This document shows positions 38,619-52,199 of a stretch of DNA of 64,000 bases, piece after piece (within the stretch, counting starts at the first letter, position 1; the number at the start of each line of letters is the position of its first letter). The stretch is taken from contig OZ024744.1 of the NCBI GenBank assembly GCA_964016885.1, positions 91,078,001 to 91,142,000 on the forward strand. The letters are read 5' to 3'. The notes below the pieces were generated by a model. The model was given only the letters and a program-made list of their open reading frames with translations, was not told the origin of the DNA and did not search any database. Position numbers and translations under genes: made by a program. The stretch is from Eledone cirrhosa. Taxonomy: Eukaryota.

Positions 38619-41600
38619 CTAGGAAATAAGTTCAGAAATTTTTCAAAAATTAAATTCATTTATTAATAGAAACACAGTACAAATAAAAAAAATATGAAAG
38701 AAATATATATGCTTGAAATGCAGTTGTTCCAATGCAAATAACTATAATAATAGCTGATAAAATCAGGTGTAATATCATCCATGGAGATGGGAAAAAGTGG
38801 ACAAACGCAACTCTGCCCTTTTTTTTCCCCATCTTCAGAAGCACGTTATCTGATTTTCTCAACTATTATTTACTGTGATTGACTATTATTATGGTCTTTT
38901 GCGTTTGGAGCACTACAATTTAAATTTTTCCAATGCTTCTTAAGTCAACCGGATGTTTAACCCTTTAGTATTTACATTACTATTGTATTTTCATGGTAAA
39001 GGCTTTATCTCACATAATTATCTCACATAATATGGAATCTACGAGATTTTGATGATGATGTTATTTATTTTGAGAACAATACTTAACATTGGGATAAGCG
39101 GACAGTTATGGCTGGTTTCAACAGAAAGAGGTGAGAAAATTCTGGCCGGATATGGCTGATCTAAATGCTAAAGGGTTAAATACATGTAGATTAAAAGAAA
39201 ACATTGATTATGTCTGATGATAATTTTTTCATGCTTATGAACCTAAATATCATGTAATATAACCACAGTGGAAGCCCAGTTCACAAACACCTCTCACCAT
39301 GAACAAATCAGTGCACAAACAATATTTCTGAACATAAGCGTCTCGGGTGACAAACACACAAGCCGGCAACAACAAGCTGGGAGTATCAGCAGTAAAGCAT
39401 CACTAGTTAGTTACTATGGTGATATCTATCTACCTTTCACACAGAGAGCCTTTCTTTCATTGTATTTTTCTCTCAACATTTTGTATGAGAAAAATAGTTT
39501 CAAATTACAAACATTTTGGGTGGCAAACAGCCTTCAGGAATGAATTAAGTTTGTGAACCAAGGTCAAGGTTCCATCATCATCAACGCCCATCTTCCATGC
39601 TAGCATGGGTTAGACGGTTTTGTTCCATTTGATGCGGGATTGGTCGGGAGATCGTGTCTCACTCATACAGAACTGCATAATAACAACTCATTTAAGAATA
39701 TAAGATATCATATGGATGATTTCAGGTAATATTTTACAATTGGGTAAAGACCCCCACCCCCCCCTCTAAGGCATAAGTCCTGGCAAAGTTGTTTGTGGAA
39801 GACCAGCAGTTGCCCATGCATACCAATCTCTCCTCTCCACACTACTGATGTTGACCAAGAGGAAGGTAATGGTCGATACAGCTTGGCACCAGTGATGTCA
39901 TAACTAATATATACATTATATATACATCAGATACACACTATGTATAGACTATATATTATATATACATCATATATGCTGTTGTCCAAGAGAAAGGCAATGG
40001 TCGATACAGCTTGGCACCAGTGACCCTGCAACTCATTGCTACAGCTGAGTGAACTGGGGCAACGTGAAATAAAGTGTCTTGCTCAAGAACACAACGCATC
40101 ACCTGGTCTGAGATTCGAACTCACAACCTCCTGATTGTAAGCCCGACACTCTAACCACTCTCTAACATATTATAATTATCCAACAATTAACATACTCTGT
40201 ATAAAAATATCTATAAATAACTGATGGTGGAGTAATTCACTTCGCAAACTATGTGGTTTTGGGTTCAGACCTATTTCCTAATACACAAGTGATGATGCAT
40301 ACATAGCCTAGTGGTGAGGGTGTTGTACTAACAATCATAATATTGTGGGTTCAATTGCTGGACTGGGTTGCAAAACACTTCATTTCACTTTGTTCCAGTT
40401 TACTCAGCTGAAAAATGAACTCCAACAGCAATAGCTAAGGGTTTAACCGTGCGATGGACTAAAGTCCTGTCCAGTGGGGAGTCTTGTACTTTCAGTTGCT
40501 TAACGCCACAGAAACTGGGATAAGCACCAGCCTGGTGTGCCTCTGAGCTCGAGACAGACTTTTTTATATATAGTTGCCAAACAAAGGGTCAAGAGGACTC
40601 TTTCACTTGTAGTATCTAAGACACAACAACCTAACTAATGTCGGTACCAAGATGAAATGCACATGGTGTATTCTGTAGAGTGTGCATTATGCTCTTGAGC
40701 AAGATACTTCATTTCACATTACTCCAATCCACTCAGCTGAAAAAAAAAATGAGTACCAGCAGTAGCAGTTTTGAGTTAATCCTGTGATGGACTGGCATCC
40801 TGTCCACCTGGGGGTTAGCTCTGTGATAGGATAAGCACCGGCCTAATGAACCTCAAGGGCTTGAGCCAGACTTCATGGCATCTTAAGTAAGTGTCTTCTA
40901 CTATAGCCTCAAGTTGACCAATGTCCTGTGAGTGGAATTTGATTGATGGAGACTGCAAAAGCTCATCATGTGTATAGGAGGTGAAAAGAGTCTTGGGTGC
41001 TGGTCTTTTGGTCTTTCTACCTCTGACTCAGTTAATTAAAAGTTAAAGTCTGTCCCAATCATTGCAGGTCATCCAGCCAGAGCTTATCCCATCACAAAGC
41101 TAATCCCCAGATGGACAGGATGCCAATCTCTTGCAGGATTAACACCACCCATCCCTAACTGCTGCTGATGGTACTCATTTTTTTTTCAGTTGAGTGGACT
41201 AGAACAATGTGAAATAAAATGTCTTGCTCAAGGAAATAATACATTGTCAAAATCCAAGAATCACACCATTGAGCATAAGATCATGAACCAAACACCCTCC
41301 TCACAAAGCCATGAGCATTCACACCTTTACAATGACTAAGCAATATAAAATATACCATACTTGCCGACCTATTGGATGACCCTTTACAAACACATTTTCA
41401 GAAAAAAAATGTTTGTAGTACATTTCATCCTAAACTTACTAAAAATAATTTCATTGTTTTTTTTTCAGAAACTCGTATATAAGTTTGACATCATTTTGCT
41501 TATATTATAATACTGTATTAGTAATACTAATAGTAATATAAACTAAATTTTTTAACTATCATAGTCCTCACCCTCAGTTTGGTCTCCCATCGGTGATATA

Positions 41601-41717
41601 GATGTATCGGATGTAGGGAAAAAAGAATTTTAGTACATTTCTTCATAAATTTATTTAAAATTATTTCATTGTTTTTTTCATTTTGTTTATATAATTTGTA
41701 TTATATTACTGTATTAG

Positions 41718-42457
41718 TCATCATCATCATCATCACCGTTTTACGTCCATTCTTCTACGCTAGCATGGGTTAGATGGGTTGCCCTGTTGTGGGCAATGCC
41801 AAGTCAGGTGACCATGTCTTGCTCAAATGGAACTGATTTTGGCTTGAGTTCTACAGCTGGATGCCCTTCCTAACACCAACCTCATTTACAGTGAGTACTG
41901 AGTGCTTTTTTACCTACACGACCCCTAACAGTGTGGACTGGGTGCTTTTTTTGTCATGACACCTCCACGACCACTTTACAGCGGGAGGAGGTGGGGGCAT
42001 ATTGTCTATATGCTTCAGCTTCGGCTTGTACCCGTGGGAAGTCGAATCTTCTGTATTACTGCGTAACACCAGAGATCTCAGTCCTGTGTCATCGCCTTTG
42101 AGAGGTGCAATTGGGCAAGGTCAGCTTTTATCACCTCATCCCAGGTCTTCTTGGGTCTCCCCACACCGTGGCTTCCATTGACTTCTAGTGCTCTACACCT
42201 TTTTATGCAGCTGTCATCCTTCATATGCATCACATGTCCATACCATCGCAACCGCCTCTCCTGCACACCGCATTTGATTCCTCTTACGTTCAGTCTCTCT
42301 CTCTCAATTCGTTTATGCTTTGCCATTCACGTATATTACTATTACACATCCATAGAAGCATGCAAGCTTCGTTTCTTTCTAATCTACATACATCTTCTAC
42401 ACACAGCACCCAGATCTCACTACCATGTAACATTGCTGTTCGTATGCATGCATCATA
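41718..42457 (-). mobile_element. RTE LINE 3' fragment inside a ~200-bp internal repeat array of a DNA-transposon-like element (~41353-42808)
   Basis: ORF 42078..42326; repeated ataaactaaattttttaactatcatagtcc unit on both sides. Confidence 0.8.
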
Positions 42458-42933
42458 GATATAAACTAAATTTTTTAACTATCATAGTCCTCACCCTCAG
42501 TTTGGTCTCCCATCAGTGATATAGATGTATCGGATGTAGGGAAAACATTTTATTAGTACATTTCTTCATAAATCTATTAAAAATTATTTCATTGTTTTTT
42601 TTCAGAAACATCATTTTGTTTATATAAATTGTATTATATTACTGTATTAGTAATACTATAGTAATACAAACTAAATTTTTTTAATCATGATTGTCCTCAC
42701 TCTCCATTTGGCCTCCCATTAGTGATACAGGGATATGAGACACAAGGGAGATTTTTTAAAGTTATGGAGGGGGGGGGGGGGGTGCATCCAATATGCCGGC
42801 AAATACAAGTTCTGTATGTGCAAGACATGGTCACCCGACCTGACATTGCTCACAACAGGACAACTCGTCTAACCCATGCTAACGCTGAAAAATGTACATT
42901 AAACGATGATAATGATTTATACAAATTACTTAC

Positions 42934-43072
42934 TTGATATTGGCCGAACCTGTTGCTGATCCATCCCAGAATCCTCCTTGCAGGAAATAAGATACTGTGT
43001 AGTAAGCCATATAGATTGTAGAATCAGATAAAGATTCAATTAAGTACTTCTCATCCCATGGTAGTTTTGTTC
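42934..43072 (-). CDS. LARS1: LeuRS exon
   Basis: ag|[45 protein letters not shown](K)|gtaagt; 139 nt; [10 protein letters not shown] motif. Confidence 0.96.
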
Positions 43073-43463
43073 CTGGAAATAATAAAAATAAATGGTTACA
43101 ATATATCCCCTACTACATCCTCCCACTTCCGCGCACACCACACCACCATTTCTTCTCTGCAAAGTTATGTTGGTACCACAGAACATCAAGTCCACACTGT
43201 AAAGTGGTTGTGTAGGAGACACGGTAAGAGGTGGACCCATAATGAGGTAGGTCAGGCCAGTTGACTGCGTCGAACATTGCTCATGGCAGAGCCTGTATTT
43301 CGGCTGAGGATTTTTACAGCTGCTGTAAACCACGTTTACAGTGTGGGACTAGGTGGACACCCTTATGAGACAAGTCTGGCAATTGGCCACAATGTAACTT
43401 GCTCATATGGGACCATACCTTGGCAGGGTTCTTACGGCTGCTAGGTGTCGTCCCTAACAGCAA

Positions 43464-43501
<38 letters not shown>

Positions 43502-43539
43502 CAAAGTAGTTTCAGATGTTCAAGTCTTTTAATAATAAT

Positions 43540-43613
43540 GCTGTGATATATATTTCAATGGTGACAGTGTCCACACTGTTCTGTGTGCCAGTGTCGCGAC
43601 ATCGTCAGACAGC
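43540..43613 (-). ncRNA. Minimal type I hammerhead ribozyme
   Basis: Minus strand: GCUGU-CUGACGA-(GACA..CACAC/GUGUG..UGUC)-GAAA-U[AUAU]A-UC^ACAGC. Confidence 0.72.
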
Positions 43614-44048
43614 TTGTTACATAATAAGGTTATGTTTCCGAGGCAATCCAAATTGAATCGACATGGGAACGGACGAAGTGTGTGCTCTTGGGTTCTTCAT
43701 CCAGGTTCTTCTTCGGGTTCTTCTTCGCTTTTCCTTATTCGATATTTACTCCGTCACTCCTATGTGGAATAAGTACGTTGAGTGCTCGAACTGAATTGCA
43801 TCAATGTTTACCCTAAGTATATATATATATATACAGATTAAAGTTTAAGCAAAGAATTGCTGCTTCCACCCTTTTATGGAATCTTCTGAAACTCAGATCT
43901 CGTAAAAGGGCGAAAGCGATTCTTTGCTTAAACTTTAATCTGCACATATAATAAATATTTGCTCTACGGGGGTTTTTTTATATATATTTTTTATATATAT
44001 ATACTTATCAAGCCCTCTTCGGATTTTAGTCTTCACATTTATTATTAC

Positions 44049-44083
<35 letters not shown>

Positions 44084-44569
44084 TTACAGTACTTAATAAA
44101 ATGAAATTCGCAAAAAGTAAATTATTGTGTTTAAAAAGTTCAGAGAATAGCCATATTCTTTTCTTGAAGGGGGAGATAGTGACAATATATCTTTATATAC
44201 ACACACATACATATGCATGCACACTTACATATGCGCGCGCACACACATTTACTGAAATTGGATTTGTATTAATTTCGATACTCAGTATTCCAGTTTTTCA
44301 ATCAAGAGAACAGCCGACTTATGAAATTAACATGCAAGTGGCTGAGTTTTCAGACACTCTCACTCATAACATAATTCTCAGGGAGATTCAATGTGACACT
44401 GTGTGTGCGTGTGTAACAAGGCTGGTCGTTTGAATTACAGACAGTCAAGCTAACAGACTTACAAACAGTTCCTATCTACTTAATTTCATTCACAAAACAT
44501 GAGTTGACCTGAGGCTATGATAAATGACATTTTCCCAAGATGCCATACAGTGGAATTGACTTAGAAGCT

Positions 44570-46530
44570 CCCATGTCTTGAAAAAAATGAAACATGAGGC
44601 AGCCAAAGTACTCCAATGACCACAGTCAGTTACATCTATCAATACATCCCACATCTTGAGACACATGAGGCAGCCAAAATACTCCAATGACCACCACAGT
44701 CAGTTACATCTATCAATACATCCCACATCTTGAGACACATGAGGCAGCCAAAGTACTCCAATGACCACCACAGTCAGTTACATCTATCAATACATCCCAC
44801 ATCTTGAGACACTTGAGGCAGCCAAAGTGTTCCAATGACCACAGTCAGTTGTATCTATCACAACATCCCACATCTTGAGACACATGAGGCAGCCAATATG
44901 TTCCAATGACCACCACAGTCAGTTACATCTGTCAATATATCCCACATCTTGAGACACATGAGGCAGCCAAAGTGTTCCAATGACCACCACAGTCAGTTAC
45001 ATCTGTCAATATATCCCACATCTTGAGACACATGAGGCAGCCAAAGTGTTCCAATGACCACCACAGTCAGTTACATCTATCAATACATCCCACATCTTGA
45101 GACACATGAGGCAGCCAAAGTGTTCCAATGACCACAGTCAGGTACATCTATCAATACATCCCACATCTTGAGACACTTGAGGCAGCCAAAGTGCTCCAAT
45201 GACCACAGTCAGGTACATCTATCAATACATCCCACATCTTGAGACACATGAGGCAGCCAAAGTACTCCAATGACCACAGTCAGTTACATCTATCAATACA
45301 TCCCACATCTTGAGACACATGAGGCAGCCAAAGTACTCCAATGACCACCACAGTCAGTTACATCTATCAATATATCCCATATCTTGAGACACTTGAGTTA
45401 GCCAAAGTACTCCAATGACCACAGTCAGTTACATCTATCAATACATCCCACATCTTGAGACACATGTGGCAGCCAAAGTGCTCCAATGACCACCACAGTC
45501 AGTTACATCTATCAATAAACCCCACATCTTGAGACACATGAGGCAGCCAAAGTGTTCCAATGACCACCACAGTCAGTTACATCTATCAATACATCCCACA
45601 TCTTGAGACACATGTAGCAGCCAATGTGTTCCAATGACCACAGCCAGTTACATCTATCAATAAACCCCACATCTTGAGACACATGAGGCAGCCAAAGTAC
45701 TCCAATGACCACAGTCAGGTACATCTATCAATACATCCCACATCTTGAGACACATGAGGCAGCCAAAGTACTCCAATGACCACAGTCAGTTACATCTATC
45801 AATACATCCCACATCTTGAGACACATGAGGCAGCCAAAGTACTCCAATGACCACCACAGTCAGTTACATCTATCACAACATCCCATGTCTTGAGACACAT
45901 AAGGTAGCCAAAGTGTTCCAATGACCACAGTCAGTTACATCTATCAATACATCCCACATCTTGAGACACTTGAGGCAGCCAAAGTGCTCCAATGACCACA
46001 GTCAGTTACATCTATCAATACATCCCACATCTTGAGACACTTGAGGCAGCCAAAGTACTCCAATGACCACCACAGTCAGTTACATCAGTCAATACATCCC
46101 ACATCTTGAGACACTTGAGGCAGCCAAAGTGCTCCAATGACCACAGTCAGTTACATCTATCAATACATCCCACATCTTGAGACACATGTAGCAGCCAATG
46201 TACTCCAATGACCACAGTCAGTTACATCTATCAATACATCCCACATCTTGAGACACATGAGGCAGCCAAAGTGCTCCAATGACCACAGTCAGTTACATCT
46301 ATCAATATATCTCATATCTTGAGACACATGAAGCAGCCAAAGTGTTCCAATGACCACCACAGTCAGTTACATCAGTCAATACATCCCACATCTTGAGACA
46401 CTTGAGGTAGCCAAAGTACTCCAATGACCACAGTCAGTTACATCTGTCAATATATCCCACATCTTGAGACACATGAGGCAGCCAAAGTGCTTCAATGACC
46501 ACCACAGTCAGTTACATCTATCAATACATC
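44570..46530. repeat. 71/74-bp minisatellite, ~27 copies
   Basis: cccacatcttgagacacatgaggcagccaaagtactccaatgaccac(cac)agtcagttacatctatcaatacat; measured periods 74, 74, 71. Confidence 0.96.
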
Positions 46531-46534
46531 ATTC

Positions 46535-46820
46535 CAACTTTTGTTGATGGGTTTCAGGTCTCTTGATTGTCTGCCCCCAGTTCCTCTTGGGATGTCCTCC
46601 TTGCCTCTTTCTATGGGGGCACCAATACCGGACCTGATTAACATGTCTCTCCCATGGGAGTCGTGTGACATGTCCCAACTAGCCAAGTCTATGCTTGCAC
46701 TTAATGTTAGACACACGTTGTTGGTGTTGAGTTCGTTGATGGACTTCTTTGTGGGTGATGAGGTCATCCCACCTAGTAGGTATTTAGTGTCAAAATCATC
46801 TAGTTGGTTCTCACCTAGGA
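46535..46820 (-). mobile_element. Degenerate LINE RT C-terminal fragment
   Basis: Minus frame WDDLITHKEV...LGHVTRLPWER...GHPKRNW. Confidence 0.6.
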
Positions 46821-47770
46821 CCTAATGATTATGAAGCAAACTTCTTAACCACCCACACATAAATATACATGTAGGTACAGACACACACGTGCACACACAT
46901 ACATACAGATACACACACACACACACACATATATACATATATTACTTACTTACTGGCACTCTGTCGGTTATGACGATGAGTGTTCCAATTGATTTGATCA
47001 ATAGAACAGCCTGCTCGTGAAATTAATGTGCAAGTGGCTGAGCATTCCACAGACACCTGTATCCATAACGTAGTTCTCTGGGAGATTCAGCGTGACACTG
47101 AACGTGACAAGACTGGCCCTTCGAATTACAGGTGCAACTAATTTTTGTCAGCAGAGTGGACTGGAGCAATGTGAAATAAAGTGTCTTGCTCAAGGACACA
47201 TCACACCGTCGGGAATCGAACTTTTGACCTTACAATTGTGAGCTGAATACTCTAACCACAAAGCCATGTACCTTCACATACATATATATATATATATAGA
47301 CATACACACATACATTCACAAATACATACTTAGTGGTTAGAGCATTGGCCTTGCAATCGAAAGGTTGTGAGTTCAATTCTCAGACCGGGTGATGTGTTGT
47401 TTCCTTGAGCAAGACACTTTATTTCACATTGCCCCAGTTTACTCAGCTGTAGAAATGAGATGATAGGGACTGGGGTCCATATCATTCCACTGCAAAGTGG
47501 TCGTGGTGGTGCCACGGCAAAAAAAGCACCCAGCACTTACTGTAAATGAGGTTGGTGTTAGGAAGGGCATCCAGCTGTAGAAATCAAGCCAGAATCAGTT
47601 CCCGTCCCACCCTTGCAAGCAGGGAAAAAGCAGACGTAAAATGAAATGAATGAAATCAATACATATATACATCCATCCATCCATCCACACACACACACAC
47701 ACACAGACACACACACACACACACACACATACAGAAACAGACATATAACCATAAACATAGATATACATAC

Positions 47771-47919
47771 CTAATCCATAAGATCTGGAGCATGCATGTT
47801 CCTGCAGCCAGTCAAAGGTTGCCAGAAAGTTTTGGCGCACTTCAGGATGATATGTTTCAACATTATCCAAACAGTTTTTGATTTGTTGCTTCCAGCTAGT
47901 TTCCCCATAATCCAAATAC
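47771..47919 (-). CDS. LARS1: LeuRS exon
   Basis: ag|[49 protein letters not shown](G)|gtatgt; 149 nt; lies inside ORF 47595..47981. Confidence 0.96.
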
Positions 47920-49677
47920 CTGAAAATTAAGAGAATATTTAAATTTAACCCTTCCATTACCATATTTCTAATCAAAGACACTGTCTTTGATTCTTAGAAT
48001 CGTTTTTAAAAAAATCATCAAGAATTTGGAGGGATTCGGTATTATAGTTCGATAATATAACTAACATTCTCATTAATAATTGTTTCTACTTTTGGCACAA
48101 GGCCAGCAATTACCTCCAGTGTATTACTGGTACTTTATTTTATCGACCCCGTAAGGATGAAAGGCTAAGTAAACCTCGGCGGGATTTGAACTCAGAATGG
48201 CAAGGGCCGTAACTCTATGCGTCAAAGCATGGCATCCGACCCTCTACCGATACTGCCAATCCCCCCACCTGGTGTGCTATGTAAATGTGAGAGAAAGGCA
48301 GAGCTTGAATGAACTGATAGAGAAACTGGGCTTAAGAAGAATAAGAAGTGGAGTGCAAGAGAGAAGACTGTGTTGGTACAGGCATGTGATGTGTGTGAAT
48401 AATGATTGCAGTGGAAGGAAGCTGCAGTAGAGGTAGACCAAGGAAGACCTGGGCAGAGGTGGTGAATAGCTGATCTCAAATTACTGAGACTCACAGAGAG
48501 AGATGAAAAAGGAACACGGCGAGAGAAGAGATGCCGTACTGAAAGGGGGCCCATCCAACCCATGCAGGTGTGGAGAAATGGACATAAAAAAAAAATGATG
48601 ATGATTATGATGACATGGTATCCCTGCCTGCATAAGAAGCAAATAAAAGGGTTGGTACCAGGAAGGGTAACCAGCTGTAAAACATTGCTTCAAAAAGGAC
48701 TTTATGGTTAACATGAAGCCTTTCATGGGGCTTACAAAGCTAACCTCTGATTTAGTAGGGAAAATAGCATTAAAACACTTATTGATGCCATTATTAAAGA
48801 AATCATTATTAATCTGATGATTGGAACATAACTTAACAAAGGGTTTTACATAAAATTATGATGGAAAGTTTTTAGATAAATACAAACACTTTAACCTTTT
48901 TGTTACAAATATTTTCTAATGAAAGACACTGAGTATGATTTTTAAAAGCAATTTGAAGATAATCAAGAATTTGGAGGGATTTAGTAATATAACTTTCTCG
49001 TTATTAAGTTGATATTTGAAACATAACTTAAAAAAAGGTTCTAACATAAATTTATGATGGAAGGTTTTTAGATAAATATAAACACTTTATAATAAACATC
49101 TTAATGTCATAAAACAAGGGCAACTTCAGGCAGTTTGGTATTAAAAAGTGTTAAACCAGTATGAGACACGGTAAAAAGGCTCCCAGTCCACACTGTACCT
49201 GTGGTTGGTGTTAGGAAGGGCATCTAGCCATAGAAAACCTGCCAGATACAGTCCTATACAAGCGATACACAGTCACCTGATCAATCTTGCCTCGAGTGGG
49301 ACAATTCCTGTCTAACCCATGCTAGCATGGAAGATAGAAGTTAAACGATGATGATTATGAGTAAAAATTTAATTGTTTCTACTTTTTGGCACAAGGCCAG
49401 CAATTATCCCAGTACATTACTGGTACTTTATTTCATCGACCCCCGTAAGGATGAAAGGCAAAGTTAACCTCGGCAGGATTTGAACGCAGACCGTAAAGGG
49501 ACGTAACTATGCTAGAAAGCATGACGTCCGACCCTCTACCGATACTGCCAATTCACCACCTGATGAGTAAAAATATAACACCTAATTCTGATCAATTTAG
49601 AAGAATGTCCTGATAATATTTTCCTCATTGATCACAGCTTAAGATACCCACAGCAATACTTGTGTATGTTTATTTTA

Positions 49678-50221
49678 CAGGGTGACTACAAAAACCCTCC
49701 TTGATTTCAAATATTTATAATATGAAAACTTAAATGAATATTCTTACAATATTGGTGGCTACAGTTACATAAACTAACAAAGTTTCATGTGGTATTGGTT
49801 GATATCATAGACACTCAATGTGTGCCCCTTTTGTTGCTCGGCAAACATCATCATCATCATCATTTTACGTCCGCTTTTCCCTGCTTGCAAGAGTGGGACA
49901 GGTCCCGTTCAGCACAGCATCTCTCCATTCATCACGGTCCTTTGTCATCTCCTCTATGAGCTTCAGCAATCTGAGGTCAGCTCTCACCACCTCTGCCCAT
50001 GTTTTTCGTGGTCTTCCTTGATGGCATCTTCCTCCCACTGGGACTTCTTGGCATTTCTTTACCCAGCTGTCATCTTCTATGCATATCACATGTCCATACC
50101 AACGCAGTCTTCTCTCCCGCACACTACAGCCTATCCCTCTTAGACACATCAATACGATAATCAAGATTGGTCCATATTATAAGTATTTGAAATCAAGAAG
50201 AGTGTTTTTGTAGTCACCCTA
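49678..50221. mobile_element. Tc1/mariner MITE carrying an RTE 3' insertion (49846-50143, minus)
   Basis: TIR cagggtgactacaaaaac..cttgatttcaaata.ttataatatg, TA flanks. Confidence 0.75.
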
Positions 50222-50298
50222 TACATAAATATCTTATATGTTTTCATATATGCATCTATTATAACACTAAGTAAGTAGGTAGGTAGGTAGTGTCTTAC

Positions 50299-50384
50299 CA
50301 TTGATCACAGAGAGCCACAACACATTCATCAGCTGAGCGGGAGATGACTTTCTTTTCAGGTTCCATGTAGATAACAGCTTCATT
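50299..50384 (-). CDS. LARS1: LeuRS exon
   Basis: ag|NEAVIYMEPEKKVISRSADECVVALCDQ(W)|gtaaga; 86 nt, ends phase 2. Confidence 0.96.
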
Positions 50385-50942
50385 CTAATGTTATTTAAAG
50401 AGAACAGAACAGTGTGAATGTTAAAACAAAAGAAGAAAACTTAATTAAATAAATATGTGTGTGTTAGTATGTATGTGCATGTGTGAATGTAATATGTAAT
50501 TAAGTATGTATATGATGCAACACCAATTCTTTGATCCCTTATATATTCATCATCATCATCATCATACGTCCACCTTTCCCTGCTTGCAACAGTGGGACGG
50601 GAACTGATTCTGGTTTGATTTCTACAGCTGGATGCCCTTCCTAACACTAACCTCATTTACAGTGAGTGCTGGGTGCTTTTTTTCCGTGGCGCCTACACGT
50701 TCACTTTACAATGAGTGCTGGGTGCTTTTTTGCCATGGCACCTCCATGACCACTTTGCAGTGGAATGATAGGGATCCCAGTCCCTATCATCTCATTTCTA
50801 CAGCTGAGTAAACTGGAGCAATGTGAAATAAAGTGTCTTGCTCAAGGAAACAACACATCACCCGGTCTGAGAATTGAACTCACAACCTTTCGATTGCAAG
50901 GCCAATGCTCTAACCACTAAGCCATGTGCCTTCACATGGCTT

Positions 50943-51990
50943 AGGCTATAACAGAGGAGTTCAAGACCGGCTGCCCATGGGAACTCCTATATGCAGATGA
51001 TCTAACGCTCATAGCTGAATCAATGGCTGAACTAGAGAAGAAATTCCAAACATGGAAGCATGGCCTAGAATCAAAAGGCCTTAAAATTAACTTGTCCAAG
51101 ATTAAAGTTCTAGTACGTAGGAAGGAAAATAGGGCACTGGTGCCCTCTGAGAAATGGCCATGCTCAGTATGTAGGAAAGGAGTAGGCAGAAACTCCATTT
51201 TATGTCCCAAATGCAAAGTATGGGTGCATAAAAGATGTAGTGGGATCACAGGTAAGTTAACTAAGAACATAGATTTTATATGTGGCCGATGCTCAGGTGC
51301 AATAAGTAGTAGCAAGTTCCCACAGGATACTAGCTCCTTCTATTGCCCAGATGGCTCTATAGAAATAGTGGACACCTTCCATTACCTGGGTGACAAAATC
51401 AGCAGTGGTGGAGGGTGCTCTGAAAGTACAGTAGCTAGAGTCAGAATGGGATGGAAAAAGTTCAGAGAGCTTATACCACTATTGGCCACTAAAGGTTTCT
51501 CTCTAAAAATGAAAGGCAGGCTGTATGATGCCTGCATACGAACAGCAATGTTACATGGCAGTGAGACATGGGCATTGTGTGCAGAGGATCTGCGCAGACT
51601 GGAGAGGAACGAAGCTTGCATGCTCCGCTGGATGTGTAACAGTAATATACGTGAACGGCAAAGTATAAATGAACTAAGTGAGAAATTAGGAATAAGAGGG
51701 ATCAGATGCCGTTTACTTGAGAGAAGACTACGTTGGTATGGTCACGTGATGCGCATGAAAGATGACAGCTGTATAGAAAAGTGCAAGGCGATCAAAATTG
51801 ATGGAAGCTACGGAGTAGGCAGACCCAGAAAAACGTGGGAGGATTTGATAAATTTCGACCTTACACACTTACACCTCTCCAAGACAATATCACTGGACCT
51901 AGATCTTTGGCGCTACATAGTAATACAGAAGACCTGCCTTGCCTATGGACAAAGCCAAACCTACAGTCAGTAGGCACCTCTTAACCAAAT
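50943..51990 (+). mobile_element. RTE LINE fragment (subfamily A)
   Basis: LYADD plus ORF 51023..51973 with PHD-like finger. Confidence 0.92.
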
Positions 51991-52199
51991 ATACACACAC
52001 ACATATATATATATATGTAAAAATTAGTAAACAGAAATAACAAATCAAACGATACAGTACAATGAAGAAATATATTAGTTTAACACTTGTGTCTAAGATA
52101 GGGTGTTTAACAGTAATGGTTTATATATATATATATAAGACCACAAGCAGGAGGTTTATATATATATATATATATATATATAAGACCACAAGCAGGAGG

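Noticed and set aside
44570-46530. CRISPR-like regular array
   Set aside because: There are no unique spacers, it is a plain tandem repeat, and the context is a eukaryotic intron with no cas genes.
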